Shown: in pieces, positions 32,232-44,699 of the stretch
Layout: each line of letters begins with the position of its first letter
Position numbering within the stretch: the stretch's first letter is position 1
Assembly (NCBI GenBank): GCA_030167865.1
Contig: JALAGF010002089.1
Coordinates: 1-64,000 of the forward strand
Direction of reading: 5' to 3'
DNA: 64,000 nucleotides
Source: Craspedostauros australis
Lineage: Eukaryota
Notes under the pieces: generated by a model
The model's input: only the letters and a program-made list of their open reading frames with translations
The model's database searches: none
What the model was told of the DNA's origin: nothing
Translations under genes and position numbers: made by a program

Positions 32232-34851
32232 CTAGTACAGCACATCGTCATCTCCGCCATTGGCCGAAGCGGCGGGGTGTCTCGCGAGACGTTCTGGAAC
32301 CGGATTGCCGGTGGATTCCAGGTACGCCTTGAGCGGCGCCATGATGCCCGTGTCTTCATCCGTGATGAAGGAAGTGGCGTATCCTTCCTTGCCGGCACGT
32401 CCCGTACGTCCGATGCGGTGATTGTACGAGTCGATGGATCGCGATGGCACGTCGTAGTTGATGACGTGCGCCACATCCGGAATGTCCAAACCACGTCCCG
32501 CAACATCCGTCGCAACCAGCACGATGCCACCCTTGCGGAATGTCTCGAGGTTCTCCTCGCGCTGTTCCTGCGACTTGCCTCCGTGCAGCACGACACAAGT
32601 GCGTCCAAAGCGTTCCACCATGCGGCCGATGCCGTCGGCATGCTTCTTCTCATTGACGAAGACGATGACCTTCTCGCGCAAGAATCTGGGCATCATGACC
32701 TGCTCCCGCAGCGCCGCTTCCTTCTTGCTTGGGCTGGAGAGGAAGAGGATCTTCTGATGAATCCTGGCATTCTTCACGGAGTCCTGGTCACCGATGGAGA
32801 TGACCGCTGGATGTCGCAGGTACTGCTTGGCCAGCTTTTCCACCTCCAATGGCATTGTGGCTGAAAACATGGCCGTGACACGATGCTTCGGCAACGCTTC
32901 ACCCAATCGTTTCATGTCTTCCTCCTCCTGCTTGTACGCTTCCGTCGCATCTTCGGACTTGAGCATGCCGCCCATGGCATCAAGAATGGTCTGCATCTGC
33001 GGCGCGAATCCCATATCTGTGTAGTCAGGGAGGTGATACATTTGAGATTCCCAAGGAATGCGCACACCAAAGAGATCAAAAGATGGGTGAGTATAAGCAC
33101 GGCTAGTGTGCATTGGTTGAAATCGTCCATGAGGGATGGCATGGTCGCGTTGCCATTTTGGATGAAGCACAGATAAAGCGATCAAAGTATGGGCAAGCCA
33201 CTCTACTCGCAGGTTGGGATAGAGCACAATCGCACAACAAGAACAAGTCCCAGAGATATGTACAAACAGTGTACTCCCCCTTGAACGCAAATGCAACCCC
33301 TAACATACTCGTCATAGCATTGCTCGAACATCTCCAGCACCTTGACAACAGCGCAAGGGGCACAGCAAGCAATGGAAGGAACGTACCAATCATACGATCG
33401 GCCTCATCGAGGACGATGTAACAGCACTGATTCAACACCATGTAGGCCATGTCGATGCAATCGTTCATACGACCTGGCGTGCCAACCACGACGTGCACGC
33501 CACCTCGCAACACCGTGGCCTGCTGCTGGATGGGCTGCCCTCCGACGACGGCCGCCGTCTTGATGAGTCCCTGCCGGGACAGCAGCTTTTCGAATTCTCC
33601 ATGAATCTGCAATGCCAGTTCTCGCGTCGGCGCGACGACCAAAGCCAACGGCCCATCCTCCGCCACTCGGTTGAGCACTTTCGATGGCAAATTGAGCATG
33701 TAATGCAGCAGGGGGATGCCGAATGCCGCCGTCTTACCAGAGCCCGTCATGGCGATTCCAATGAGATCGCGTCGCTGCAATCCGATTGGAATGGCCTGCC
33801 TTTGGATGGGCGTGGGTTCCTTGTACCGCATGACATTACGAATGGCATCAAGCAAACGCGGATTGAGCTTCGGCTGGTTGGGCGCGGATGGCTCATCGAA
33901 GAAGCGCAACGGCGGCGGCGTCTTGCCACCCTTGACGACGATCTCGTAGTTCTCGCGGAAGATTCGCCAATCGCGCGTCGTCATTTTGGAGATGGGCTTC
34001 TTCATGAAGTTGGAACCGTCATCCATGCTGTCGAGGTCCATCTTGGAGCGCTTCTTGCGCGCATTGCCTCTGCGGCGGGCGTCGTTGCGGTCACGTCCTT
34101 GCCATGGTGCGTCGCGATGGGAATCACGTCCTCTCTTCTGCCTGGGAGGAACCGTGGCGTAAAGCGGATCGTTGTGATCCAAGGTGTCTTCCGTGTTGTC
34201 CCACCGGAACTTGAAGGTCTTCTTGTGCTTCGTCTTCTTTTGGGTAGCCTTGCGCTTGGCCTCGGCCTCCTCCTGCTCCCTGGCATACTTTGACGTCTTG
34301 CCGAGGTACTCCTCCTTGACCTGCTTCATCTCCTTGTCATGCCAAGATTGTTCCGATTGACGCATTCTGGAGTTGTGAGAGTTGGAGCCGTATTGCCTGT
34401 CGCGCTGTCGCCCGTTGCCACCACCTCCGCGGGACCCAGACTGTGATGATCCCCTTCCAGCATCGCCCCTGCTCCTGCCGTCGTTGGCTTTGGACGATGC
34501 CTTGGAGGCGCTTGCCTGCGTTTGCTTGTCCTGCTCCTTGTCAGCCCCGCCAACCTGCTTCTGCTTGAGACGATCCTTGCGAGACACGAACGAGATCTTC
34601 TGGCTGTTCGACGCCTTCAGATTGCCTGTGCTCTGCTCGGCCTGGCGCCGCCTGTGCGCTTCCTCGGCCTCCTGCGCCTTGCGTTGCACCGCACGTTGCT
34701 CCATGGCACGCTCCAGCGCACGTTGTTCCGCACGTTCCTCAGCGCGTTTCGCGGCCTTGGCAGCTGCGAGCGCATGCTTTCGCTCTGCTTTGGGCAACGT
34801 CTTCAGCAACGCTGGGTCGATCAGCGGCTCTCCGTTGTATTCGTTCTCCAT
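32232..34851 (-). CDS. PRP28: DEAD-box RNA helicase DDX23/Prp28 (U5 snRNP); 2 exons
   Basis: Exons 34851-33387 and 33016-32232. The GT-AG intron 33386-33017 (370 bp, CTGAC branch site) restores DEADRMI-D-MGF. Motifs: FKFRWDNTEDT, MTTRDWRIFRE, Q motif PTPIQRQAIP, AMTGSGKT, PTRELA, TPGR, SAT, ATDVAGRGLD, HRIGRTGRAG. Confidence 0.93.
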
Positions 34852-35330
34852 CGTTCTGGTTGTGGTGCGGCGTATAATAGAATATTATATTCTATAATGT
34901 ATTATAATAATCGAATAGTATGGATGCAGGATCAATCCGCTGTTTGGGTGTCTACCACTGAGTGTCTCCCTTCAATCGTGTTGCTGGATCTCTTTCTTTC
35001 AATTTGTGCCTCTTTTCGATTGTTGGTTTTGTGATTGTTTGCTTTTGTGTGGGATCTGGTGGATCTGAATTCAGCCATTTCTCGCGCTTCTGTTTTGTAT
35101 CCACGGATTGGCGGACAGACGGTGATCACATGATTTCAAGAATCTTGCACAACTTGAACAACTGGCAACAAAAACGTACTTGTGTCACCTGTGTCGGCTT
35201 CATCTCTCCTCAACAACAAGGGCCAAAGCACACCAGAGTCGACACAAAAGGAGACTTGGAGGAGTTGGAACGTGGGTGTGAGCGTTGATCGAGATAGAGA
35301 CAGAGACAACAGCATAGATAGAAGATAACA

Positions 35331-35900
35331 ATGATGATGACGCGACCGACGCAAACTTACCGCAATGCTAAAACAAGTATGGCGCTCGTCATGGCGTTGG
35401 CCATGATGATGGTCATGAGCATGTCGGTGGTGAATGGATTTGTTCTTCCAGCAGCATCGCCATCCGTGAAGTCTTGCAGCCCACAGCACTCACCAGCACC
35501 AATTCCATCCCGCAGATTACCGACCACCGCCATCGGCATGGCGCAAGTGACCGAACAGGAGGCCAAGAAGGGCATCGACAAAGTCGTGCAAGCGCTGCGC
35601 AGGGATTCCGCCGCCAAATCGGAGCTCGGCAATCTGGATCAGGTCACGGTGGTGCTGGGATTCGGATCGCCCAACGGCAAGGACCTCAACGTGCGCTTCA
35701 ACGCGTCCTTCCGCAAGGCAGGCAAGGGCCTTTCCTCCGTCCCGCTGCCGTTTGGTCTGGGCCAGTCCAATAAGAGCGAAGGCAGAGGCACGATGGTCGG
35801 GCAGGTCAAGGCAACCGTTGACAGCGCAACGGGCAAGGTCAAGTCCTGCAGCGTCTTTCGGGATCTGGGGTACGGCAGAGCGTTCAACCTCAAGGTCTGA
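35331..35900 (+). CDS. Plastid-targeted protein of unknown function
   Basis: Signal peptide MALVMALAMMMVMSMSVVNG|FVLP and an S/P/R-rich transit peptide, then a compact basic Gly-rich domain of about 126 aa with strong coding bias. Start at 35331 or 35379. Confidence 0.82.
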   Translation: MMMTRPTQTYRNAKTSMALVMALAMMMVMSMSVVNGFVLPAASPSVKSCSPQHSPAPIPSRRLPTTAIGMAQVTEQEAKKGIDKVVQALRRDSAAKSELGNLDQVTVVLGFGSPNGKDLNVRFNASFRKAGKGLSSVPLPFGLGQSNKSEGRGTMVGQVKATVDSATGKVKSCSVFRDLGYGRAFNLKV

Positions 35901-36477
35901 ACGGGCTTGCGGCTATTTATCCATGCATCCATTCATTCGTTCATTGATTGAACCAGCCATTCGCAGAAATCAACAGAGCATTTTTGACGATGGCTGTTGC
36001 GGAGTGGGTTCAATTATTCGCCACACATCTCAGACGGATCGAAGAGAGGGTTCCACGATTTGGGTCTCGACCGCAATGTCGTCATCAGCTATCAGGCTGT
36101 CTTCGGTGTTCGTCAGATCGATCGTGGTTGTGGCCTTGTGGATTGGAGCAAGTCGAAAAATCCCTCTCTCTCTCTCTCGCTCTCTCTCGAGCTCAATATG
36201 ACAGTCGGTCTCATCACGCTACGCTGGATTTCATCGTGGAGTCATTGGAAGTAGATGACCGTTGGATGCCTTTGCCGTGGATGAGGGATGCTGTTGGCCT
36301 GAAAAAACACGGATAGAGAGAAGTACTACATCTACGACTAAATCTGAACGTGGTCACGAAGCATACGTAGAGTAAAGTAGTTGCGCTCACAACAACAGCA
36401 TCCGCAACAGGAAGCAATACCTTCGCTATCATTGTCATTACCATCACCATCACTGTCACATTCAAAGCCACCCAACA

Positions 36478-36972
36478 ATGAGGTTCATTCATCCTAATAC
36501 TCTTGCTTTGCTGTTCGCAACAGCAGCATCCGTCTCTGCTTTTGTGGCAGCCCCACCATCCAAGAACATCGCGCGCATCTCGGGCGGAGGCAGAAATGGT
36601 GATGCGCCAGTCTCAGATCGCGGTTTTGTGCCCATCCATCATGGTGGTGCTACGGGTGGCGGTACAGAGAATCGACTTGTGGGCATCCGTGCTCCGAAGG
36701 TCTCTCGGACGACCGCTCTTGCGGCCATGAATCCACACATCCTTGAAATGGCGAAGCAGGTGGTGATAGCTTGCTTCATCAAAGTGTTGCTTGACGACAG
36801 CATCAAAAAGACCGTCCTGTATCGCGACACCACGGAGGGGCCCATCGACCGCCTCGTAAAGAGCGCAAGCAAGCTCCTCAGCAGCGCATGGCTGGCCGTC
36901 AAAGATATCGCTGATGCCATCAACACCAACAACACCAACGGCACCAACAGCACATCTACAGGAACCAGCTGA
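36478..36972 (+). CDS. Small, probably plastid-targeted hypothetical protein (164 aa)
   Basis: MRFIHPNTLALLFATAASVSA|FVAAP is a clear bipartite presequence, with the transit region ending RTTALAA. The mature part is only about 80 aa. Confidence 0.7.
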   Translation: MRFIHPNTLALLFATAASVSAFVAAPPSKNIARISGGGRNGDAPVSDRGFVPIHHGGATGGGTENRLVGIRAPKVSRTTALAAMNPHILEMAKQVVIACFIKVLLDDSIKKTVLYRDTTEGPIDRLVKSASKLLSSAWLAVKDIADAINTNNTNGTNSTSTGTS

Positions 36973-38120
36973 GGTTGGCGGCAACTCTGTTCTTTGCTTT
37001 GGTGACATCATGGACATGATGCTGGCAAGAAGACGAAAAATCACCGTGGATGCTCCTTGGCAGGTGAATTTAGGATACTTTTTCGACTCGTTCGAGTAAT
37101 GTCAGAATCTTGTGCGATGTGCGTCCTTTGTGGTATGGAGGGTTCGGCGTCATCTGCTCTGCTCCGCTCCGCGATCTGTCGCCATCCTCACCGAGGCACG
37201 GTCGAACTTCGCCGGTTCTAGAGAGAGAGAGAGAGAGTGCCGAGAATGGAAGAGGAGACATCAAAAGGAATGGAGCAGAGTAGGCCCCGAGCATGGCGCA
37301 ATAAAGCAGGCGTTTCCACGAACTTCTTCTCTTGTGCCCGTCGATCTTGTTGACACGTTTGTGCGGTATTCATCTCTGTTGACAGACCAAGAGGTCCCGT
37401 AGATCAGCAAGCAGGTGCCCAGCGGATGGTGGTTGATCGATCTACGAGTGTCAATCGTTCAATACGGTTCCAACCCCGCCCTTGAATGGCGACAGCGCCC
37501 ATCTACCGATCGTTTGGGTTCGCACGGATACCGTGTTGTCCTCATCGCGTGCCTTGTTTCCACACGTGTTTTTTTTGGATGGCCCAACTTCGCCGATCAA
37601 ACGAAGTAGAACAAAACACGGCGATTCTTGTTGATGGGTGAACCTCACCGATGGGACGAAAGCCGAACAACGCGAAAACATGGGCTTCTGGGAACATCGC
37701 CGACAATCATCGCGACGAACACCACGCAGAAGACGATGGCAGCGACACGATGGTGCGTCTGCACTGCCATCTTCGGAGATGAACATCGGCGCTATTCCTC
37801 GGCGATAGAGAGTTGTGGGTACGAGTTCTCTCTGGCAATCTCGTATGGAATGTACCGTTCAGCAACATCCCGCATAGGCGTTTGGTGGTCTGCCGAAGTT
37901 GACACGAGGCAGGATGTTGGAGACACAGTTCGCTCACAAATTCAATCGATCGACAACAACACAACGAACAACAAACGACAACCAGCACACACACAAAACA
38001 CTCACACACTTCAATTATCACAAGCACAACCAAAACACTCATACTCTCAACTAACCAACAAAACAACAAAACAACAAAACAACAAAGCAACAAAACAACC
38101 GACAACAGAAAACTATCAAC

Positions 38121-39167
38121 ATGGCACCAAAGGCAGAAGCACGCACAGCCCTCGACGAGATGGCATCCGATGGATCCTTCAAGCGTCGCGAGGCAGCATG
38201 GAGAAATTGGATTGAGACTTCGCCAACGAGCAAGTTCCAACCAGAAGCCGATCGCTATCATCTCTACGTCTCGATGGCATGCCCATGGGCACACCGCACC
38301 CTCATGGTTCGTGCTCTGAAGGGACTCGAGGATGTCATCACAGTTACCGTCGTCCATCCAACTTGGAGAAAGACCAAGCCTGACGATGATGCAGACAAGC
38401 ACACCGGTTGGGTGTTCGGCAATCCAGGGGGAGCACCATTCAACAACACCATCGGCCTTGGCGGTCCATTCCCTGCCGCCTTCGAAGTGAACAAGCCAGA
38501 TCCGCACCACGAAGGAACCTTCAGCATCCGCGAATTGTACGAGAAGGCAGGCGACGTTGACGGCAAGTACTCCGTCCCAATCTTGTGGGACAAGAAGTTG
38601 CAGACTATCGTCTCCAACGAATCGTCGGATATCATCCGCATGCTCAACACCGAATTCAACGATTTCGCCAAGAATCCCGATCTGGATCTGTACGCCAAGC
38701 ACAGGCGTCCACAGATCGACGAGGCGAACGAATGGATCTACCCAACCATCAACAACGGAGTGTACAGATGTGGATTCGCAACATCTCAGGGAGCCTACGA
38801 CAAGGCCATCGACGAACTGACGGCATCCTTCGATCGCGTCGACAGCATCCTACAAAACCAAAGGTACATCGCCGGCAACGAATTCACCGAGGCCGACATT
38901 CGTCTCTTTGTGACGTTGGTGCGATACGACGAAGTGTACAACGTCTACTTCAAGACAAACACCAGAAGCGTCTCAACGACGCCATCGATCTTGAACTACT
39001 GCCGCGAGATCTACCAGATGCCAGGAGTGGCCGACACGGTGAACATGGAGCAAATCAAGACGCACTACTACACCTCGCATCCCAACTACAACCGCTGGTC
39101 CGTCATCCCACGTGGCAACAACTTCGTCGGTCTGCTTCAAGAATCGCACGACCGTGATTCGTTGTAA
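38121..39167 (+). CDS. Glutathionyl-hydroquinone reductase (Xi-class/omega-like GST; YqjG/Ecm4/PcpF family)
   Basis: RYHLYVSMACPWAHRTL active site, YSVPILWDKK..TIVSNESSDIIRM, INNGVYRCGFA, TEADIRLFVTLVRYDEVY, IKTHYYTSH. Intronless, 348 aa. Confidence 0.95.
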   Translation: MAPKAEARTALDEMASDGSFKRREAAWRNWIETSPTSKFQPEADRYHLYVSMACPWAHRTLMVRALKGLEDVITVTVVHPTWRKTKPDDDADKHTGWVFGNPGGAPFNNTIGLGGPFPAAFEVNKPDPHHEGTFSIRELYEKAGDVDGKYSVPILWDKKLQTIVSNESSDIIRMLNTEFNDFAKNPDLDLYAKHRRPQIDEANEWIYPTINNGVYRCGFATSQGAYDKAIDELTASFDRVDSILQNQRYIAGNEFTEADIRLFVTLVRYDEVYNVYFKTNTRSVSTTPSILNYCREIYQMPGVADTVNMEQIKTHYYTSHPNYNRWSVIPRGNNFVGLLQESHDRDSL

Positions 39168-39713
39168 ACAAGAAACCTCTTGGCGCTTGATGCACGATGC
39201 ACAAGTGCACTTCTCTCATACTTGTAGCGGTACGAACTGCAAGAACCAACAGGAGATACGAGCAATGAAGTAACCAATTAGAATACGATATTGCATTTAC
39301 CCTCTTCCAGTGTTGTCCCATACTCATACTCTTTTCAAAGCGCTCAATCGTCATCGACTATCATACGCTTACATGCACATCAACGCAACTTTATGAATCC
39401 ACGACAGAAGCAGAGTGACACTTCTGCTTGTGAAGAGTCAGGTGCTCCAAGCCTGGCGTCACAAAACGTACCAGTATGCTAGATTGTATGGCTGGGGAAT
39501 GCGCATGGAACGATCTCGGCACTAACAGTTGAAAGTCCTTCGTCCCAATCCAGTTCACTTCGCTTCGCCTCACTCGTCACTATCAATTCAGTCGTTATGA
39601 GTAGTCTCACTCTATATTTGTCATGTAAATGGTTGAACTACGCACTGCCATACGTTAGAGGTCCATGTTTTTGTAAGTGCATGGTGGTTCGTGGCGCTTG
39701 GATCGCAACAAGA

Positions 39714-40646
39714 TTACTTGGCCAGCTTGGCAGCGATGGTGGCGAAATGCTTTCCATGGGACTCGGCGATTTCCTTCTCAAGGTCGGAAGGGCTGCGGGA
39801 ACCATCCGGTCCAGCGAATGTTCCAGAACCGTACGGCGATGCACCGTGGACCTCATCGTAGGAGAAGACCTTTGGTTCGGCGTATCCCAGGGGAACGAAC
39901 ACCATTCCCTGGTGGGAACAGAAGTTCACGCATGAGAGGCCCACTGTTTCCTGCCCACCTCCTTGCGTTCCAACGCTCACAAAGGTGCCAGCGGCCTTTC
40001 CAGTCAACTCGCCCTTCATCCACAAACTTCCGGTGGCATCGAAGAAGGACTGTTGCGTTCAGGCGCGGAGCAATGGGTTTCCGTGTTTGCATTATGGCAA
40101 GTAAGTGTAGAATAGACGGAAAGCAGAACGGTAAAGTTATCGAGGATTGCAATGTTAGAACGGAAAAAGGTGGTTGACGATAGTACCGGTGCAAACACTG
40201 GTGGTCTGAGAAAGATGTCATCACCACGGTTGACATCGGAGTTGGTGCCATGGACGAGACGCCACGACGTATTGCCGCCTCCGTCGTATTTGAGTGAGTT
40301 GGCGCAGAGAATCCGCGACGACTTTGGCTCACAGGGTTGCAAGAATAATGGATGTTGCGACGACCTGAATTGATTTTCGTACCTTCATTTGGGCAGGCAT
40401 GGTTCCAAATCGTCCCGAAAGACCGAACATGATCCCGTCGTACTCTTTGAGCTTGGCGGGGGTGATGATTGGATGTTCAGCCTTTGGCGGGGCGCCCATC
40501 TTGGTGAGGACTTCTTCTGGAAGGGTCTCTGGGACCTGGTAGATGTCGACGGTGGCTCCACCAGCCGCGACGCCCTTGGCAACGGCCTCGGCCATTGTCT
40601 TGACATGGCCGTAGAGAGAGTAGTAAACGATCGCGATCTTGGTCAT
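39714..40646 (-). CDS. WrbA-family flavodoxin-like NAD(P)H:quinone oxidoreductase, copy 1 (199 aa, 2 exons)
   Basis: Exons 40646-40383 and 40049-39714; phase-0 GT-AG intron 40382-40050. Motifs IVYYSLYGHV, YQVPETL, RFGTMPAQMK-SFFDATG, GTQGGGQET, HQGMVFVPLGY, GASPYGSGT. Confidence 0.95.
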
Positions 40647-42236
40647 CTTTGCGGTTTGTTGGTTTGCCTTGTTTTTGCGTTTTCTTGATTGCTGCAGCTG
40701 GCTTGGTTTATGAGAAGAGTTGAAGATCCGGTTTATGTTGATGTGCTCGACATCATACCAGTTCGAGGGTGCCCTCCTCGTGTTGAGTTTCGGATGTCAC
40801 TGATGGCGTAGCTCGTATGGTCGGTGCCCACCTGGTCAATCCTGGCGTGAAAAACATGGTCGACTTCTCCGAGAGTGGATCTCGGCGATGTTGTTGATAC
40901 CACACAGGCAGTAGCGTAGCTCGCACCCACCGTGCTAATACTCTCTTGGCGCTGTTATTCATTGATGGCAGCGAGATAATCAGGACAGGCCATTCGAACC
41001 ATCTCCACGAGGGCGGCTCCTTCGCACAATCATTCTTGGATTTGTCCAGAGGAATGTTCGGGAACAGATACTCCACCGAATCGGCGAAGTTCGCCGATCC
41101 AGAACTCTCCAGAACGCACCACAGATGCGCAGTCGGCGATGCGCTCGCAAAGAGCAATAGGATGGAGACGGGTGATTATATTCGTGCGACTAGCGTGCTC
41201 AAACTTGTCCTTGTTCTTCTTGTTCGTGTTCTTGCCCGGTTGAAGGGGCAGGCCCGGAGGGGTTGCCTGCGTTTCACCAACGTCTTTTGCAACTCCTGAC
41301 CATTTGATGGATTCGTCTATTGCTGCCGAGGATACGGTGTGGGATGCTCGTAGCCACAAGTACGAGGACAACGACAAGTACTCGTTGATTCGTGTACCGT
41401 ACGAGCTACAGACAGAATGAGGCACCGGTAGCATGAGGCACCGGTAACTACGGAGCGTATGATGCGTAATGCACCTGCTCCATTAGAGGAGTTCCGCATG
41501 AAAAGGTGATGTGAGTGTCTTGACTTCTCTTGTGGGTGAATTCGCGACAGGGTCATTCACGGAAAATGCAGTCATCCGGAGTATCAACGGATCAACCACA
41601 TCAGATCACACATCGCGAAACAGCCCCGACACGGTGTGGAATAGAGTGAGCAGACTTGTCCGAAGCACGAGCTACTCGATGTACAAACTCTCTGGTAGAG
41701 GCTAGTCCGCTTGTGCTTCCTACTCTTCGATGTTCGGTTGCGCGCGACGCGAGTACAACCTGCGAGTGTGGCGAAACATCGCCAGTTTGTGTTGCCTCTC
41801 GCGGATGTCAACCACGTCTGCAACACAGACAAGCATCATTGACGGTTGTGGACAGACGCTTATGGTGACACAATACTCAAAATAGTTTGTCAGTCACGGA
41901 TTATTTACTCATTCACGCTTCATATTGTTGAAACTGACCAAACATGCACGGTCGAACAAACAGACTTTTTCAACTGACAAGTTCGAAGAGACAAACTGAC
42001 AAATACACCACAAGCGGAGACCTGCCCAAATTGACCAACGTCAACATTCTATCTCCCTTCCCAACGACAGCGTCTCTAGTTTGCGTACAGGATAGATGTG
42101 GATGGAACTACAACGGTTCATCTTTGAAAGAAGTGCTAATGTATGATGAGATTACAATCTATCTTGCGTCTGATGGCGTATGGCAGACTGGGAAATGTGC
42201 CTGTGCGCTTGTCGTTGCAAGCAATCGGCCGTCTCT

Positions 42237-43121
42237 CTATTTCGTAAGCTTTGCAGAAATGGTGGCAAACTGCTTGCCGTGAGCGACGGCAATCTCCTTC
42301 TCAAGCTCCGATGGCTGGCGAGACCCGTCTGTTCCGGCGTAGGTGCCGCAGCCATAGGCGGATGCACCATGGATCTCGTCGAATGAGGAGACTTTGGGCT
42401 CTGCGTATCCCATCGGGACGAAGATCATGCCTTGATGGGCGAAGAAGCTCACGCAGGAAAGGCCAACAGTCTCCTGTCCGCCACCCTGCGTTCCAACGCT
42501 CGCAAACGTGCCGGCTGCCTTGCCGGCCAGCTCACCTTTCATCCACAAACCTCCGGTTGCGTCAAAGAAGGACTGGGCGGCGCGTTCGTGAGTGCATGTA
42601 TGGATGAGAGTGTGAGTTGGAGATGATGCGGGTGGTGCCATGATCATGCATGGCAGTTGGGTGGAGTGAACGAGAATGAGTTGAGGAGTTGTAAGCGCAG
42701 GCATTCGTTGCGATACCTATGCAAACCTGGTTGCCTTCATAGTATTGTTGTGGCCAGTGCTGTATCAGATCTGTTGTCGATGTTCGTTCCTGTTCGTCGT
42801 TGTGGCCATGACAATCGTCAGATCAAGATTCGGTTTTTCAAAATCGCTGAGGCGTACCTTCATCTGAGCCGGGAATGTTCCAAAACGTCCCGAAAGACCG
42901 AACATAATGCCATCGTACTCAGCAAGCTTGTCGGTGGTGATGATCGGATGGCCGGCCTTTGGTGGGGCGCCTATCTTGGTGGGGACGTCATCCGGAAGAG
43001 TCTCTGGGACTTGGTAGATGTCAGCGGTGGCTCCGGCAACAGTGACGCCCTTCGCGACGGCTTCGGCCAGTGTCTGGACGTGCCCGTAGAGAGAGTAGTA
43101 AACGATTGCGATCTTGGTCAT
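42237..43121 (-). CDS. WrbA-family flavodoxin-like NAD(P)H:quinone oxidoreductase, copy 2 (199 aa, 2 exons)
   Basis: Exons 43121-42858 and 42572-42237; GT-AG intron 42857-42573 at the same codon position as in copy 1. Same motifs as copy 1. Confidence 0.95.
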
Positions 43122-43292
43122 CTTTGCGTTTTTCGCTGTCTGTCTTTCTTTGCGGATAACTTGTTGCTGTGCGCTGCGTGCTCAATGCCTGCTTTGCTGA
43201 TTTCTTATGAGAAGAAGAGACCAAGGAGGTCTTTCGGGCGTGCAGTTGCGTCCTCCTAGTAGGTGCGATGCGTTAGCGTGGGATATCTCGAC

Positions 43293-43342
43293 GAATTGCG
43301 TTGAATTGCGTTGAATTGCGTTGAATTGCGTTGAGTTGTGTT
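43293..43342. repeat. 10-bp minisatellite (GAATTGCGTT)4 plus a degenerate unit, upstream of quinone reductase copy 2
   Basis: Four perfect units at 43293-43332, followed by GAGTTGTGTT. Confidence 0.9.
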
Positions 43343-44699
43343 GCATTGGTAGCGTCTGTATTCGATGTTGTGACGTTGCGCATTCCTTGTTCCGGTATGA
43401 TCTTGACATGTTGGTCGATGCTCGAACATATTCCTATGATAGAAGATGGCCTGGGCAGTGTTATCTCGCCTCCAAGAGGTCCCTATCACAAGTTTAGGAG
43501 GCGGTATATATCCATTCGTGGCTCGTAATGCTGCTGTTTCACCTGTGGATTGGAAACATTTGATCACTCCATGCTTTGTGGAACCATGCTGATTCAAACA
43601 TCCAACAGTACTCGTACGCAGGACATTGGTAAGACAGTCGCGCGGTCCTGGGAGATACATACGATTGGGAGAGGTCATGATGACGTTCGCGTGGCCATGC
43701 ACCGCCTCCTGCTCACATCCCACCAAGCACTCGCGAGGATAGTTACGACTATGGATGCCAATATTGTTGTCGCTAGCTCGTATGGCTGGGGTTGCATCTT
43801 TGGAGCTCGATACGGATGGTGCTATTCCGTGCGATGCCGGTGGCCTGCGAGACAAGCAACCCCGGTTGATGGCAACGGCATCAGTTCTCGAGGGTGATCT
43901 TCCGAGGTCTGGGTCGTGGTTGTTCCACAAACTGGCGCCAAACACTTGGTCTTCCTTGGTGTTCCAATTTTCGGCCTTTTTTAATCGAATGTGTCGAAGA
44001 TCGAAGCAAAAAGCCTACATTCGTGATAGATTACCAACACCCAACATGAAGATTCTTGGAGGAACCGACGCAAGAGCGACATGAGATTGAATGGCATCTC
44101 TTGATGGACGATGCTTGAATTCTTTGGATGTGACATATAATACATGACAGCATCGAAGGGACGTCACTGTCCTCTTTTACTCTGGACAAACGGTGTCGAA
44201 GCGGTCTGAATCCTTCTTCATTGCTCTTTCTTCACTCGGCTTGGACGTCGCTGGGGTGGAGCAGTGGCTTACGGTGACTATGTTGCCGGTTGCTTACGAT
44301 TTGGCTTGTTCGAAGCAGCGGTTCAGACCGTATCCGCATGAGATTGGTTTCTATAATAGTATGATATGGTATGGCATGATGCGTTGTGTTGTGAAAAAGA
44401 TGCTGTAGCTGAGTGCTGTAACGCATCTCGTTAGCGTGTGGCGATGGAGGAGGGGAGACGAAAAGAGAGCATGCGCGCCATGCATTCCCATCCTCTTTTG
44501 GCTCCGCCGTAATCCATTGACGACGTGCGTTCTGTTTGCAGTGGGTATCCATATCGATGGCAATCGAAAGGTTGTTCATGTTCGTAGCTGGTTCACTTCG
44601 ATTGGTTTGTATTCACGGATGTTCGGTTGTGGATGCGGCACTCCATGCTACTCCATCCATCCTGCGCCGTACATATGGCGTGCATATGCTGTGCTGTGA

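Noticed and set aside
40753-41434. ORF fragments and a 9-bp perfect inverted repeat (41080-41098) between the two quinone reductases
   Set aside because: No recognisable family, and a single short palindrome with a 1-nt spacer is weak evidence on its own.
43256-44410. 229-aa and shorter ORFs upstream of quinone reductase copy 2
   Set aside because: No domain or transposon motif recognised; the longest runs through the minisatellite.
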